A stretch of DNA of 64,000 bases from the NCBI GenBank assembly GCA_025786725.1, contig JAHLTZ010000064.1, positions 4,706-68,705 on the forward strand, written 5' to 3'. Of the stretch, positions 39,151-52,297 are shown one piece after another (position 1 is the stretch's first letter; the number at the start of each line of letters is the position of its first letter). Source of the stretch: Syncephalis fuscata S228 (taxonomy: Eukaryota > Fungi > Zoopagomycota). The notes below the pieces were generated by a model that was not told the DNA's origin, searched no databases, and was given only the letters and a program-made list of their open reading frames with translations. A program made the position numbers and the translations under genes.

Positions 39151-39639
39151 ATTATCATTCGTAGTAATAATATTGCCACTTGACATTGTAACTATTACAT
39201 TATATGATGAATGGGAATAGGTTACAACTACCTATTGGAACATATAAGCTATAGAGTGTGTCTAGTATGTCGTAGAATGATATATAGTAGTGTGGAATAG
39301 AGCGGTAATAATATAGGCGAATAGAAGATATATACATATTGGATAATACATCTATGCCAATAAATATTTTAAACTTTGATTCACTCACCACTCGTTATTA
39401 TGTTCAACAGAGCAATTGTCTAGCTCAACTGCATGGATGCATCAAATTTAATCGTTTGCCTTCAAAGCACATTCAATGGCTTAATAGGTTGTTTATTATC
39501 AGTGTAATAACAATAGCAGAAACAACTAGTACTATTATTAAAGGGAAGATGTCTGTATTTATATGAACGCAACTAATAGTAGTATGTTAATAAATAAGAA
39601 ATGCTACATTTATTTATTTAAAAAGAAATACATAAATAA

Positions 39640-40319
39640 TGATAGACTAGTACAAACCGGATGACTGTACAGCATATTGTGGCCCTGTTCTTGCCAAATC
39701 TAAATATCGCTTAAATCTATATCTATTGAAGAGGGTCAGTAAACGAGATGAGCCACATGTGCCAATGATGTTTGCTGCTTGACTACACCGCAATAAGTAG
39801 TGGTTGTCCAAACAACATTTGCTCTGCACCATCAGATATCAGATATCTTCAAGCGCAAACCTTATTTCGCCTCAACAGCCAGATACTCAGCAAGGCAACC
39901 TCGCAAACAAACACACGGTAAGCGTACCAATGTTACTATACAAAAGACCAATCAACTATGTGCAGACAAGCGCCTTCTACAGCATGCTGGAGTACACACT
40001 GCGTGATATATAGCTTCTAGAACACTGCATATCCAGCGCTTCATAGCCAAAAGGCACAACTGCATCGCACCTCCCACGCCCGTTTACCGACCTTAGTACA
40101 TATAGCAGCAACCAGCAGTGATCTTGTAATCATTAGACGTCTGGCGAGTGCAAAGCATATTGGACAACAAATGGCAGTAAGAGCGAATGAGTGTAGTGTA
40201 TATCGAGTGGTAAAGAGTAGAAAGAGAAGATAAAGGTGCAGTGTTGGTTCGGAGGAGCGGTAAAGCCAGCTTATGTATTGTGATAGTTGTGGAAAATGTC
40301 GTAATAAAACATGAGTCAT
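39640..40319 (-). pseudogene. Possible decayed coding remnant
   Basis: Higher-GC stretch with hydrophobic frames broken by stops in all three frames. No family recognised. Confidence 0.2.
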
Positions 40320-41463
40320 CTAAAACCGTCTATGACCAATGTACTACATAATTGCTTTTAGTCTTCCGTATAAGCAAATACAGCTATTTCAATAGGATCT
40401 TCAGTACATGTAACTATTAGTGTAATATGTAGTAAACCATGTGTTTTCTTGTACACCTATTGTAAAAGTCTTTATTGCTATCATTACATTGTCTGAACAT
40501 TAATATTGGTAAGCTCTTTACAACGCGATAAGCTGATGGATTAAATCTAGATTACACGGCTTAACCGACTAAGCGTAAAAATGATCTATGCTAAACTTTA
40601 CATGTAGCATAGCAAGTAAATCTGTCTATTTGGCAATATCAGTTATGGCTTTATTTCAAACAATGCCGATCATTTAGATGGCACGCAAAGCAGCTAAATG
40701 GGACCAGTTTCAAGCTTGTAGCTACAGTAAATACCAATGGCTTATATGTTGAATACTAATGCAGTCCATCTAATAAAATCTTTAAAGCAAATTGTTTTTG
40801 GCCAAGTTTATTATTGCTTTAACTGTGTCGAATAGAGTAGCCAGCACTGTCTACGGCCACATGGTAAATATACGTACACTTTGTCCTTATGCTCAAGTAG
40901 CTATAGCGCAATACATGATTACTCTGCAATAAGCTATACTAATCAAATTTGCGCACTTTCTATTATATTTTAGTTTCTATTTTCTAACTACACAGGGAAC
41001 AGGTATGTAACTAACTACTTTTTATTATTAGTAAATAGTATTCGAGTTTTTCTAATTTATATTTTATTTATTTAAATGTATTTATAATTGTTATTATATT
41101 GTGATTTGGAAGTCAAATGACTAGATTTAACAGTATTTACATATTTAAACTAATATTAGTTCTATTGAACATGAAATTATGTAATAAATAAAATCGGGCA
41201 TCAAAATATTTATACAATAAATATGATTATTTTTATTTTGTATATGTATTGTAAACACTTTTACATCATTACATTCGCGCAATATTGCAATATTAATACT
41301 CACATTTTCTTTACTATTAGCTCTTACCAATTCCATATCAAGCTATTTGACGTTAGCCAATATAGCAATAATTAGTTATAAGCAATCAACCCAATAAATA
41401 CTTGTAACAAAGCAATAAATTTACAAGCTCGTATTATTTACTTTATCAGTCGGTATACCTTAA

Positions 41464-41766
41464 TATGGCTTGTATACTTAAGATATAGCAAAATAGTTGC
41501 CGAATTCGAGTTCTCCATGCTTGGATGTACAGTTTGATATAAAATATAAAGCAATAATTTTTGCAAAAAAATTAGTCAAAAATGCAGTTTGTGTAAATAT
41601 TTGTTATGCGTATATGTATATGAAATAAATTGCCATTGTATATCAATATTTTTGACTAATTTCTTTGCAAAAATTATTGCTTTATATTTTATATCAAACT
41701 GTACATCCAAGCATGGGAACTCGAATTCGGCAACTATTTTGCTATATCTTAAGTATACAAGCCATA
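41464..41766. mobile_element. 303-bp foldback / MITE-like inverted repeat
   Basis: Arms 41464-41583 and 41648-41766 are reverse complements with one mismatch and one 1-nt indel. The spacer is 64 bp and the outermost dinucleotide is TA at both ends. Confidence 0.75.
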
Positions 41767-41850
41767 ATCGGCAAAAACTGATATTTTTACACATTTATTA
41801 ACGTATTATCCTAACCATTGCAGCATTACGCAATACAGTTGTGGTGTCAT

Positions 41851-44120
41851 GGATAAGACAACTAACTAATTAGTAAAATAGAATAGATTAAAGACTGATA
41901 CTTTATTATAAGATGAGTAGATTGTGTATGTGTTGATAGTGAGCATGTGCTACGCATAATTTGAATATAGGTATATGTCGAGCAATTCAAGAGATAACCT
42001 CTATATCTATATTTAGACCATGACACTGTAACAACATCTAACCATTTTTATTGCCTAATGAAGACAACTTTGCCTACAGTTGCCGATGCTGTTAATAACG
42101 ACTAGCTAGCAGCAAACAATAATTTATACATTAACTACTTACAATAGTGTACATGTTCATTTGAGTATATAACAATTGATGTTAAAGCATCAGCCTTCAC
42201 TCTATTCTATTTTACTAATTAGCAAAGCAAGTAATATACTAAACAACAAACTGCACCGCTGTTGGCAGCTAGTTAGTTGTATTGATATATTGCAACCATT
42301 GCATATACCGTTTTATTGATGTATATTATTATAAGCACCGTGATATTAAGTTGTTTTCATCTTGCTACTGTATCTACCTTGATTATAGTTGTTAAGCAAC
42401 GGTCACTTTCTTATAATGTTTTAACATTTAGCGTCAGTCTAAATATATTATTCATTTTATTGCAATAGCAATAAAACTAAGTTGTCGGCAACTGTAGACC
42501 AGTATTCAGCTACTTGACTTGTAGTACAGTATTAACATATTACAATTAGCTACATTTAATATAAATACAGCTGCGTCATTCATATAAACAATAACATCGA
42601 TGGTTTATTCGGTTATTTTATTTGTGCCAAGTACAATACATTAATACTAAACAACTTGTTTGCAATTTAATACGATTGAGTTCATATGACTACTCTCGAC
42701 AGCACTCTAACGGTTTAACTACGTATTTGTATGTATGAAATAAGATCGAATGATAAGCGATATTAGGCATCGAAATACTTGTTATTATAGATTTAGTATT
42801 TGTATTTATGTATCATTCATTCATTTATATCATTACTATTCTGTATTTATTATATTGTATATTGATTGATCATGTAATAAGCACAGCTTATTTACAGCTA
42901 GTATTTATTAGCACTGGTTCTATTTGCTATAGTTTCAACTCATTGTACCTACTCAATTGTCTATGTATAGCTCACTGCTATCTTATTCATTCATCCCGTT
43001 CTAGACTATTCTATACTCTACTCATCATGCTAATTAGTAAATTTGTTTATTTGCTACTAGCTATATTGTCTGTAGGCTTTGACTTGATTTACTCAGACAT
43101 TTACACACATGCACATGTTATGCTTTTGTTACTGATAGTTTCATAGGCTATAGAGCCTGTAATTGCTAACAACAATGGCCAAGTAGTATTATGTGTTTAA
43201 ATATACTACAGTCTACAAATCCAAACGTGCTAGAATTTGTACTAATTGCTACGTTGAAAATGCCAGTGTTCAGAAAGAAATACTGATGAACAAAACTACT
43301 TAAGTGGCGAAATAAAGCAAAAAATCAGCAAATAGGTAGCAGAGCATGTAGCCATTACAGCTATTATGCCAACAGCTGTACATGATGGCTGTGATAGTTA
43401 TATGCTGCCAAAGTCATTCCATAGATCGCCACTGCAAATTGTGCTGACAACAGTATGTATTGTCCCGACAGCAATAAATCGTACTACCATTGTTGAGATA
43501 GAAAAGCTATTTCCAATAGGCCTGCAATTACATTCAATAACAAAAACAAAGTATATATTCAACATAGCATCAAAGCAAGCCAGAAACGTACTTACTGTGT
43601 TAAAGAAGCCGCCAGTACCAATAATCGAAATAAAGATGATGATTAGCAAATAAGGCAAGATTACAAAAGAGCAATACAAAAGAGTAATGTAAATAGTGTT
43701 TGTAGTTAGCTATTAGTCAGTCAACTACTGACACTATCTAACTGGTATATATGGAATGTACAAGCATATGCAATGGATATATGATGTCAAGTATGAAGAA
43801 AGAGAAAGGGAACTGTGATGACGTAGATTGTATGTTATATTGTTAACATGAATGAATTAAAACAATGATGTCATTTGACACTGAAACTACTCATTAGCAT
43901 AGAACGAGTTGTCAGCATAATAATGAGTCTATTGAAAAGTCATATAACATGATGAGTGGGCTGAATGAAGTATACTAGAATATATAATAAACAAAATGTA
44001 GCTAATGTGGCATAAAATGGGAATAGCATAAGTGAATAGAGTATATATGTGTACTGAATACATGCATACTGGATAATAAATCTACAATGATGAGTGCTTT
44101 GGACCCTGATGTCATTCATC
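41851..44120 (+). repeat. Dispersed repeat B, longest copy
   Basis: 41851-42062 matches 12740-12944. 42025-43950 matches 19382-21304. 43951-44120 is the reverse complement of 47106-47277. Confidence 0.9.
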
Positions 44121-45352
44121 ACCTATCATCAGGTTCAACTGAACGGATGTTTAATTTAAATGTATAAATAATATATACAATCATTTGAACCATTAAATCA
44201 CATTAAACAACTTACTAGTCATTTAATGTAAAAAATGGCTATTTTTAATTAATTAGTAAGATGATATATACAATATTCTGATACAAATTATAAATAAAAT
44301 AGCAATGTCTATATAAACAGTGCGAATAAATTGAAATGCTAATGAGGGAATTGTTCAAGCAATAAAATAAAGCACAGAAGACAATCAGTACAGAAATAGC
44401 AGCATGTAATTGGCACAATTATTGCACTAGCAACTATAATTATGCAATAGTAGTTATTTCGTAAGTACTGTCAGTATGATTACTAAACAAGCTTATGCAC
44501 CAAATCTGTAATGCTGATTCATAGCAACCCAACCCAATCAGCATTTTTTTCAATATAAGTAAAAGCGTAGGAGTGTATTTAGTGAATAGATTCCGTCAAG
44601 TGTAAAGGAAATGAAGTGAAAGCAACGTAGATTATTGGCTGTGTAATTAACAGAAAATAACTATAAATATGTGAAACATAAATATTAATGGCAAAATAAT
44701 AAGCAGAGTATGGATATTAGAAAGCAATCGATCCAAAGTGACGGTAAAGCATAGAACATATAATTAACAAGGTAATGTTGCACCACCAATATATTTGCGA
44801 ATAAAGGAAATAATACAAAAATATGACAAAACAAAAACCAAGTGCTATTTAACTGTAGTTTTACATCATCTAGATAGCTTATATACAAATAAATGAAAAC
44901 AAAGTCATGTTAATAAAGTCATCAGCTTTCAGACAGGCAAATTTTAACGTCACACATGGTACTTTATGCGTACTCCAAAATGCTTATGAACACAAAGCAT
45001 TAATGAAATAAGTCTGCTACTAACTTGCGTTATATTATCATAACTTTTAAATTAGCAGCGTTTGTCTCAACTTTAAACCCGGTTGTTTAATACTATTTTT
45101 ATGCTAACGAGCATTATAATTTTACATGAGTACTATGTTTTTTTACCACTCTTTTGTTTACTTTTTTGTTTACTTATCTTGTTTATCCATTCGTTTAACG
45201 CAAAGTTAACTGCTATTTAAACATTTTCTCTCGCGCGACTATATTCAATCCTTAAATCTTATTTTATAACGCAAGCACTTTTATTGCGTTGCTTCTGTCA
45301 TTTAAACAATAGTTTATTTTTGTTATTCCAACAAACGCGTATATGACATGCA

Positions 45353-46930
45353 ATGTTTTTGTTTTCACACTTATCCTTCTCCTATACTCTTCTTGTATCT
45401 TCTTTTATCGCCATCAGTCTCTGCGTCTTAAATACAGCTGCTTATTTTCCGATTAAATACATACAAGCTGTATACTTGCCGCGTACAAAAGGTAAGTGGT
45501 TACGGCACAATCGTTATGTTTATTTGTATCATACCAATTAGGTAATCATCAGTAACACAAGCACAAACAAGAACTGTATAAACATGCCACGTACTGTACA
45601 AGCAAAGAAATTGTTGCAGCTGCGATAATCGCCAATAAAGCGTGGCCACAAGACACAAAAAAAAAGCTTTTCACCGCCGCAGCTCAAAAACAATCAAAAC
45701 AGATTTACTTCAGGTGCTGGACAGCGCGAATCAACAAGTACGTGGCAGTTTAGTCACTGCATCAACAACATTGAAGGCTCAATTGTCGAATTCTACGGCT
45801 ATTGAAATAATCAAAAAAACTTTGATTCCGTTGATCAAGAAACACAGAACGGCTAACCAAGCACGCTCCATGATACAGTCATTGTTGCCGGCTGAATCAT
45901 TGACTACTAACAGCACAAATAAGCTGATATGCCACGCTCAACCAGCGCGGTGCGTAAAACACCGTAGCAATAAAGCATCGCCGCCTTCTACAAAAAAGGC
46001 ATTCAAGAAGGGCAGCCGGGTTGTCAAGCATCAAGTAAAGGAAATGATCAAACAAAGGCTGGCCAAAAGCAATCAATGGCGCTCAATGCCAAACAATCCT
46101 GCCGAACAGAGTGATAATATTCTAATTAAAATAAACAAGGCAAGTCAATAATAAGTAGTATGATGACTTGTATTAACAACTACTATTAGGAAAAGGCACC
46201 GATATTTTGTTATACCGATGATACCACTCTGGCTATTAGCCAACCGAGTGATGAAAATGGCTGTGTAGGGAGCATATTGCTCAAAAGCGCAAGCTGAGTC
46301 GGCTTGACTCGGCAAATAATGAGCAAACTATTAAAAACACAAGGTAAGCAATCATTTAATTTTGCGTAGTAATACTAACGTTTGATAATCAAATTGGATG
46401 CACTACTTGCTATTCCATGCTCAAAACCCAGAATCTCCAGGCAACGAATGGAACTGCTGCATGTTAGCATTATCTCAATATGCTACCATCTACATAGACA
46501 TTTTTTACATCGACAGCCATTCCCAACACCCTCTCGTCAAATCACATACACAAACCATATTTGCTTTACGATGAGTTGGGACTGACTACGACAGCGCTAG
46601 CCATAGAATTTTCACAAGTTAGCGACAAGCCGCTACTTTACACTGCCAAAGAGATAGCTGCAAAAGCTGACCAGGGAATATACATTACTCCTTTAAAAAG
46701 ACAAATTGTATTGGTGGCTCAAGTTCGCCACCTTCCAATATACGAACGAATAGACGTATTTGTAAATGGACAAGCAAGCGTAAGTATCTAATACACACTA
46801 TAAACGAATATAAATACTAACGCAGCATTGTATTCAGTAGTCATTTCTATAAACGTATTACAGGTCTTGAGGCAAGCCCACTATACAATCAAACAAGAAA
46901 TAAATAAGCTTGTATTGAGGCGTCCTTATA
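45353..46930 (+). pseudogene. Spliced gene of unknown function with disrupted frames (pseudogene or assembly errors)
   Basis: Signal-like first exon ending G|GTAAGT at 45492, with further donors at 46140 (GC), 46343 and 46780. Contains Lys/Arg-rich ORF 45642-46151. All three frames after acceptor 45541 hit stops. Confidence 0.4.
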
Positions 46931-47105
46931 TAATAATCTATACTCTATTATCTGTTTAGTTTTATTACTTTTGTATTTGTAATTAATATGTATTTGTCTT
47001 TAATATTTTATTACCCATTTAGTGTGATTTGATGGTCAAGCGACTACATTTAATAGTATTTTCACAATCGAATTACGCATTTGTACTAATAAAAATGGAC
47101 TGGAC

Positions 47106-47277
47106 GGTGAGTGACATCAGGGTTCAAAATACTCACTATCATAGATTTATCATCTAGTATGTATATATTCAGTATACACATATACTCTATTCAGCAATAT
47201 CATTCCCATTCTATGATTTACTAGACACGTTCTATTGTTTATATGCAGCAATATACTTTACTCTTCCCACTCATTGC
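47106..47277 (-). repeat. Diverged inverted copy of 43951-44120
   Basis: gtgacatcagggttcaaaatactca..catatactctattca..attcccatt..cccactcat aligns with the reverse complement of 43951-44120. Confidence 0.8.
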
Positions 47278-47957
47278 TTAATATACACTATAACTCTACC
47301 ATCAATATCCATACCATTCCATTGTACATTCATTCTAATGCATATGATTTTATACTCGTTAAGCTTTTTTCTATCCAAAACTATTTCTTATTTGTTCTAG
47401 CTTTGTTATTAACAATTTCCAACTAGTTTTGCCTATCTGTTTATTAAAATATATGTATTAAACTTCGTCACGACTAATTGTCATTCTATATTGTATATTC
47501 ATTATACTGCATATTGTTTTATTGTACAATAGTTACATACTATTTAAACTGTCATAAACTAAATCTGGTTTTATTGCTAGTAGATCTCAGCTCTTTTCAT
47601 TCATTCGCTCATACATAGATATCTGTAACTTCAACGCTGTCTATTGTACAATTCGATTGTATAATAGTGTACTATCTATCATTCTGCCATATAACAAATA
47701 TATTTAAAACGGTCTTAATTCGGCACTAGATTTATTCATTATAAATTCAATTTATAAAATTATATAATAGAACGAAATAGATGAATAGAGTATATATGCA
47801 TACAGGATAATAATAATAATAATAATAATAATTAGGTTTATAATGGATAGTAATTCAATGGGATAGATAAATTTATTGAATTAGAAATAAATTACAACGA
47901 AGAAACGTGTAGATCTGTTTTTTTTTACTTTTCTTTAATCGCCTTCGTAGCCAAACT

Positions 47958-49496
47958 ATGTCCCTTTATACGTTGCGTTCAAGCGCAATACGCAGTGTAA
48001 AAGCTGCGTGGACGCTTCAGGTAGATTAGTGGACAGTACAATGTCCTTACAGCTACTGATTCAAGTGATTGGTATTAGATTCGCAATAATGTTACGGCAG
48101 CCACGGCCACTAGCACACTTGATACCGCCTACCAACATGCAGTCAAGGTGCTTCAAGAACAACGCGAACGCAAGTTGGCGGAAGTAAAGATGCTTGAAGA
48201 AAGGCTACAAGCAATTACAGGCGAAGGTAAGATGCGACACTTGTTAGTGACGCGCAGCTTATAACGATCAATCTATATTATTTATTAGACGGACTAGCCG
48301 AGGGAAAGCGCCGTAATATTAAACGGGATATATTTAAACTAAAGGTTCAAGCGGATAAAGACCAGCCAGAAACACTTAAACGTATAAAAAATAATGATTG
48401 TACGTATAAACGACTATAAGCCAATATAAGCAACTAATTAGTATGTCTATCAATAGTCGATCTAACGCAACCGGTATTCCGTCATATGCGCCAGCGTCTA
48501 TGGAAGATGGGGCCACGTAATAAACTGGTAATAATGCAGTTATTATATTGAATGGTGTTTAATTGATCAATTCTTGCTAATGACAGTTGGAACGAGTTAC
48601 ACAAATGAACATTTTACCAGATGTATTGCCACCATCGATCCAACCAGATATTGATGTTCAAATTGCCTTTGAAGGCCATTCTAATGACTCATTTGTACAT
48701 GGCGATGTTATCTCAACTGAATGGACGATAAAGCCACCTACGATAAACGCCCAGTGCTTCCATGATGCAACGCGTCTTTACACGCTACTTTTAGTAGATC
48801 CAGGTAATATTATACAGCAGCCATATCAATACTTAGTAGCTACTAACTCATATGCCTATAGATGAGCCATTCCCTGAGGAACGCACCTATCGCACATCCT
48901 GCCATTGGCTGGTGTAAGATTCATAGAGATCTAATAATACGACAAGTCTGCTAACCGGTTATTTAATAGAACGGATATTCCACTCAGTATCATGACACCT
49001 ACGCTGAACACAGAGGCTGGGCAGACCATTTTATCTTATTTGCCGCCCCATCCAGCCAAAGGCAGTAAAAAGCACCGTTATACCCTGGTATTACTCGAAC
49101 AAGAGGCACAAGAACAACAGAACCAACAACCAAATACCACATCATTGGTTAACCGGTAATTATCTGTTATACACAAGTGAATCTACTACTTATAACCAAG
49201 CATACTATGTATAGCACCATTGATGTACAGCAGTTTATAAAACAATACCGGTTAACACCACGTGGCCTTACCTTTTTCCGCTGTGAATGGGAGCCATGCA
49301 CAGATACTGTGTACAAAGAGATACTCGGTAATTACTATGACATGCCACGTCTGTATTCTATCTAACACCATTGTTGCTGTATGTTCCATCTATGCTTCTA
49401 ATAGGAATACGACCACCAAGATATGGACGTGTACCCAAACTGGATCCAGTACGAGATGCGGCAATTATTGAACGAATTCGCCTTTTAAATATCTAA
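47958..49496 (+). CDS. MRPL35: Mitochondrial ribosomal protein mL38 (PEBP-domain), multi-exon
   Basis: Mitochondrial-type presequence. DLTQPVFRHM, LERVTQMNILPDVLP, YTLLLVDPDEP, CHWLVTDIP, YLPPHPAKGSKKHRY and GLTFFRCEW across GT-AG introns. Stop at 49494-49496. Confidence 0.85.
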
Positions 49497-52297
49497 AAAT
49501 AAATCGTTCTTTACACACACACAGAAATAAAAAGTAAAAGAGGAAAAGGAAATTGTTAATAGACCCCACTTATATCACTATGCCATATCGTCATTATCTA
49601 TGCATCATGGCATATAGATAAGGCGGTGCTACCTCGTATCTATTATTACTGCTCATACCATCAATATTAAGCACCATACTACTAGTACTGTAGTGGTGGT
49701 TATTACAGGTACATTAGGTGCATTTGATATAAATAACAAGGTGTACACAGCATTTAAATACTTAAACTTGTTTATAATAAAAGTAATAACAACTAGCTTA
49801 TAAGCATGTTTATTGTAACTTTAAGGCTGACCTTGAGATTTGCCTTGACAGTACCGCATGTCTTTCACCATACATCAGTGGGATCAATGTGTGTATAAAG
49901 AAAAGAGTGAAGACAAGGACGGTAAGGGGTATGTTACAGCCCTGACCATTTAAAACACTACTATGAATACATGTATATATGTTACAATCATATGACAATG
50001 ACGATACTATGGCTATTGAGACGAGTAGACGAATACTGAGGCACTACTTGTTTCTACCACTTAACAGGAGATATAGACACACACACACATTAAACATTTA
50101 AACCAAATTAAACAAAAGGATGTCCAGTATATTGGCTGTTTCAAGTTATCCACCAGGTTGGGTGAGCTGTACACCACATACACGCGACTGACTCAATAGA
50201 GCACTTTTACCATATTTGTTCACTTTCTTTATATATATATAGATAGATGGAGAGATGCACGTATTGATAGGTAGCATTTTATTAATACCCTAGATGGTGG
50301 TGGTGGTGGTAGCAGTCTTTTGAACTAGTCACTATTCTATAATAATAGACACAATATATCTATTAAGCTAAAACACAGCCAATGACCCTTGCTATTATTG
50401 GTCCTATTACTATATCATGGCTATCATTGCTTGTTATAGTACTTGCAATGTGTTAGTGGTCACAGCTATCTGAATAGGCCGATATGCTCTATTTTAGTCA
50501 GTAATAAGAAGAGGGAAATGGCAAGGCCAAACTTGTACACACTCGCATATACGCACGCGCACACACACACCCCTTTTCACGCCTGGTCCTTTAGGTTTCT
50601 TTTACAATAGTCGTGCCTCTCTTTCTTCTTCCATATTCCTCGTTCTATGCAGTAGTAGAGTAATAGCGTTGACTATTACTATTAAACACCTTTATTATAC
50701 TGTCATCACTATAACTGCCACCTCCATATTGACCTTCAACGTTTCTCCTCCTTTCATTTTTCCTTCTTTTTGCGTGCACAATTGTCCTTCTCCTTTCAAC
50801 GGCCTTGGTGAACAATAACAACAACAACAAAACACCAACCATTATAGTCGCCACTACAACAATAACAACCGGTTAACTACAACTATCTAACTTGTTTTTC
50901 AGTAGTCTGTCTGTCTGTCTGTCTGTCTATCAGTTAGCCAAGTACTCAATCCTTTTTATTTCACTCCTTCTCTTTTGCTATTACCGCCACTACTACCACC
51001 ACTATCTCTATCTCTACCACTTCTTTATCTCTACCCCGTGCACACCGTGCCCCTTCCTTGTCTGTGACTCATTCATTTCAATTTTGTCAAGTTAAAGCGT
51101 CTATTGCCTAGCAAATTATCTTTGTTTATGTAAGTCATATAGGGGCGTGATTATGGAGTGTCAAGATGACAGACACTGTAGGTGACTATGCGTGAGTACA
51201 TATCTGTATCTGTCTATTATTATCGATCGATCCATCTATCTATTATCTATCTATTTATCCATTTATTATTAGTGCTTGTAGCTTATGAATATTGCTTTTA
51301 TTTGTCGCCGCTTAGAGTATAATAATAGACTAGTGAGACAAATAGTCGATGACTCAATATAGTAACCAAATCATGATATTTTAATATCCGATCCTATTTT
51401 CACTTTCTCGCTCCTTGAAGTGCATATAAACATGCTTCACTGTTTCCACTACGGCAAGCGGTACTTGTTTAATGCCACCATTCTCCTTGATTGCTCCTTG
51501 ATGACAACTAAACACGGCAGTCAATTGCTCCGCTTGTTTGTCTAGGTGGATATGCTTTGTTTAACAAAGGTATTATTTAAGTGTTGATGTTCTAAGAAGT
51601 TTATTAAGATTGAAGTGGCGCATGAATGTTATTTAGATCATTACGGCACTTCATTTCATTCTCCGAAGTGTCATTGGTTGGTTGAGTGGCAGGAACGAAT
51701 TGATCTACTTCCGAATCTATTTGTATAAATTGTTTATTGAGCATATATTGTATGACCGCCCCTTTTCTATCTTTTTTATTATTACTACGATATATCTCCT
51801 TTAATAGTGAATAGTAATAGCCGTATTATTAATAGTACATTTATAAGCGATTGATAGTTATTATATAATATATCTATATATGATATATCTATATAGCTAT
51901 TAATTTGAACTATTGGCTATATTAAAAGTATAGCCAATAAGCTACACATTAATTAAAACGAATAACGATTGCTATTATTCTTATTATTGGCAGTATACTA
52001 ACGTTATTATTTGAATAGCCAACATTGACGCGTTTACTTATTAAACATAGGCTGTTGTTACAGTGACAGTTAAAGTATTACAGTCGTTGTTGTTGCTGGT
52101 ACAACAGCCGTTGTTACTTATTCTTGTTGACTATTTACTATACGTATTGGTCTTTTATATACGTGGATTTCAAAGATTAAGTTGATAAAAGCATTTATAT
52201 CGAGCACTACTATCGGACGACCAAACAATAGCAACTATAACAGCAATAGCAACCATACCTGCACTAACTACAACAGTCATCTGCATCGCTATTCGTT

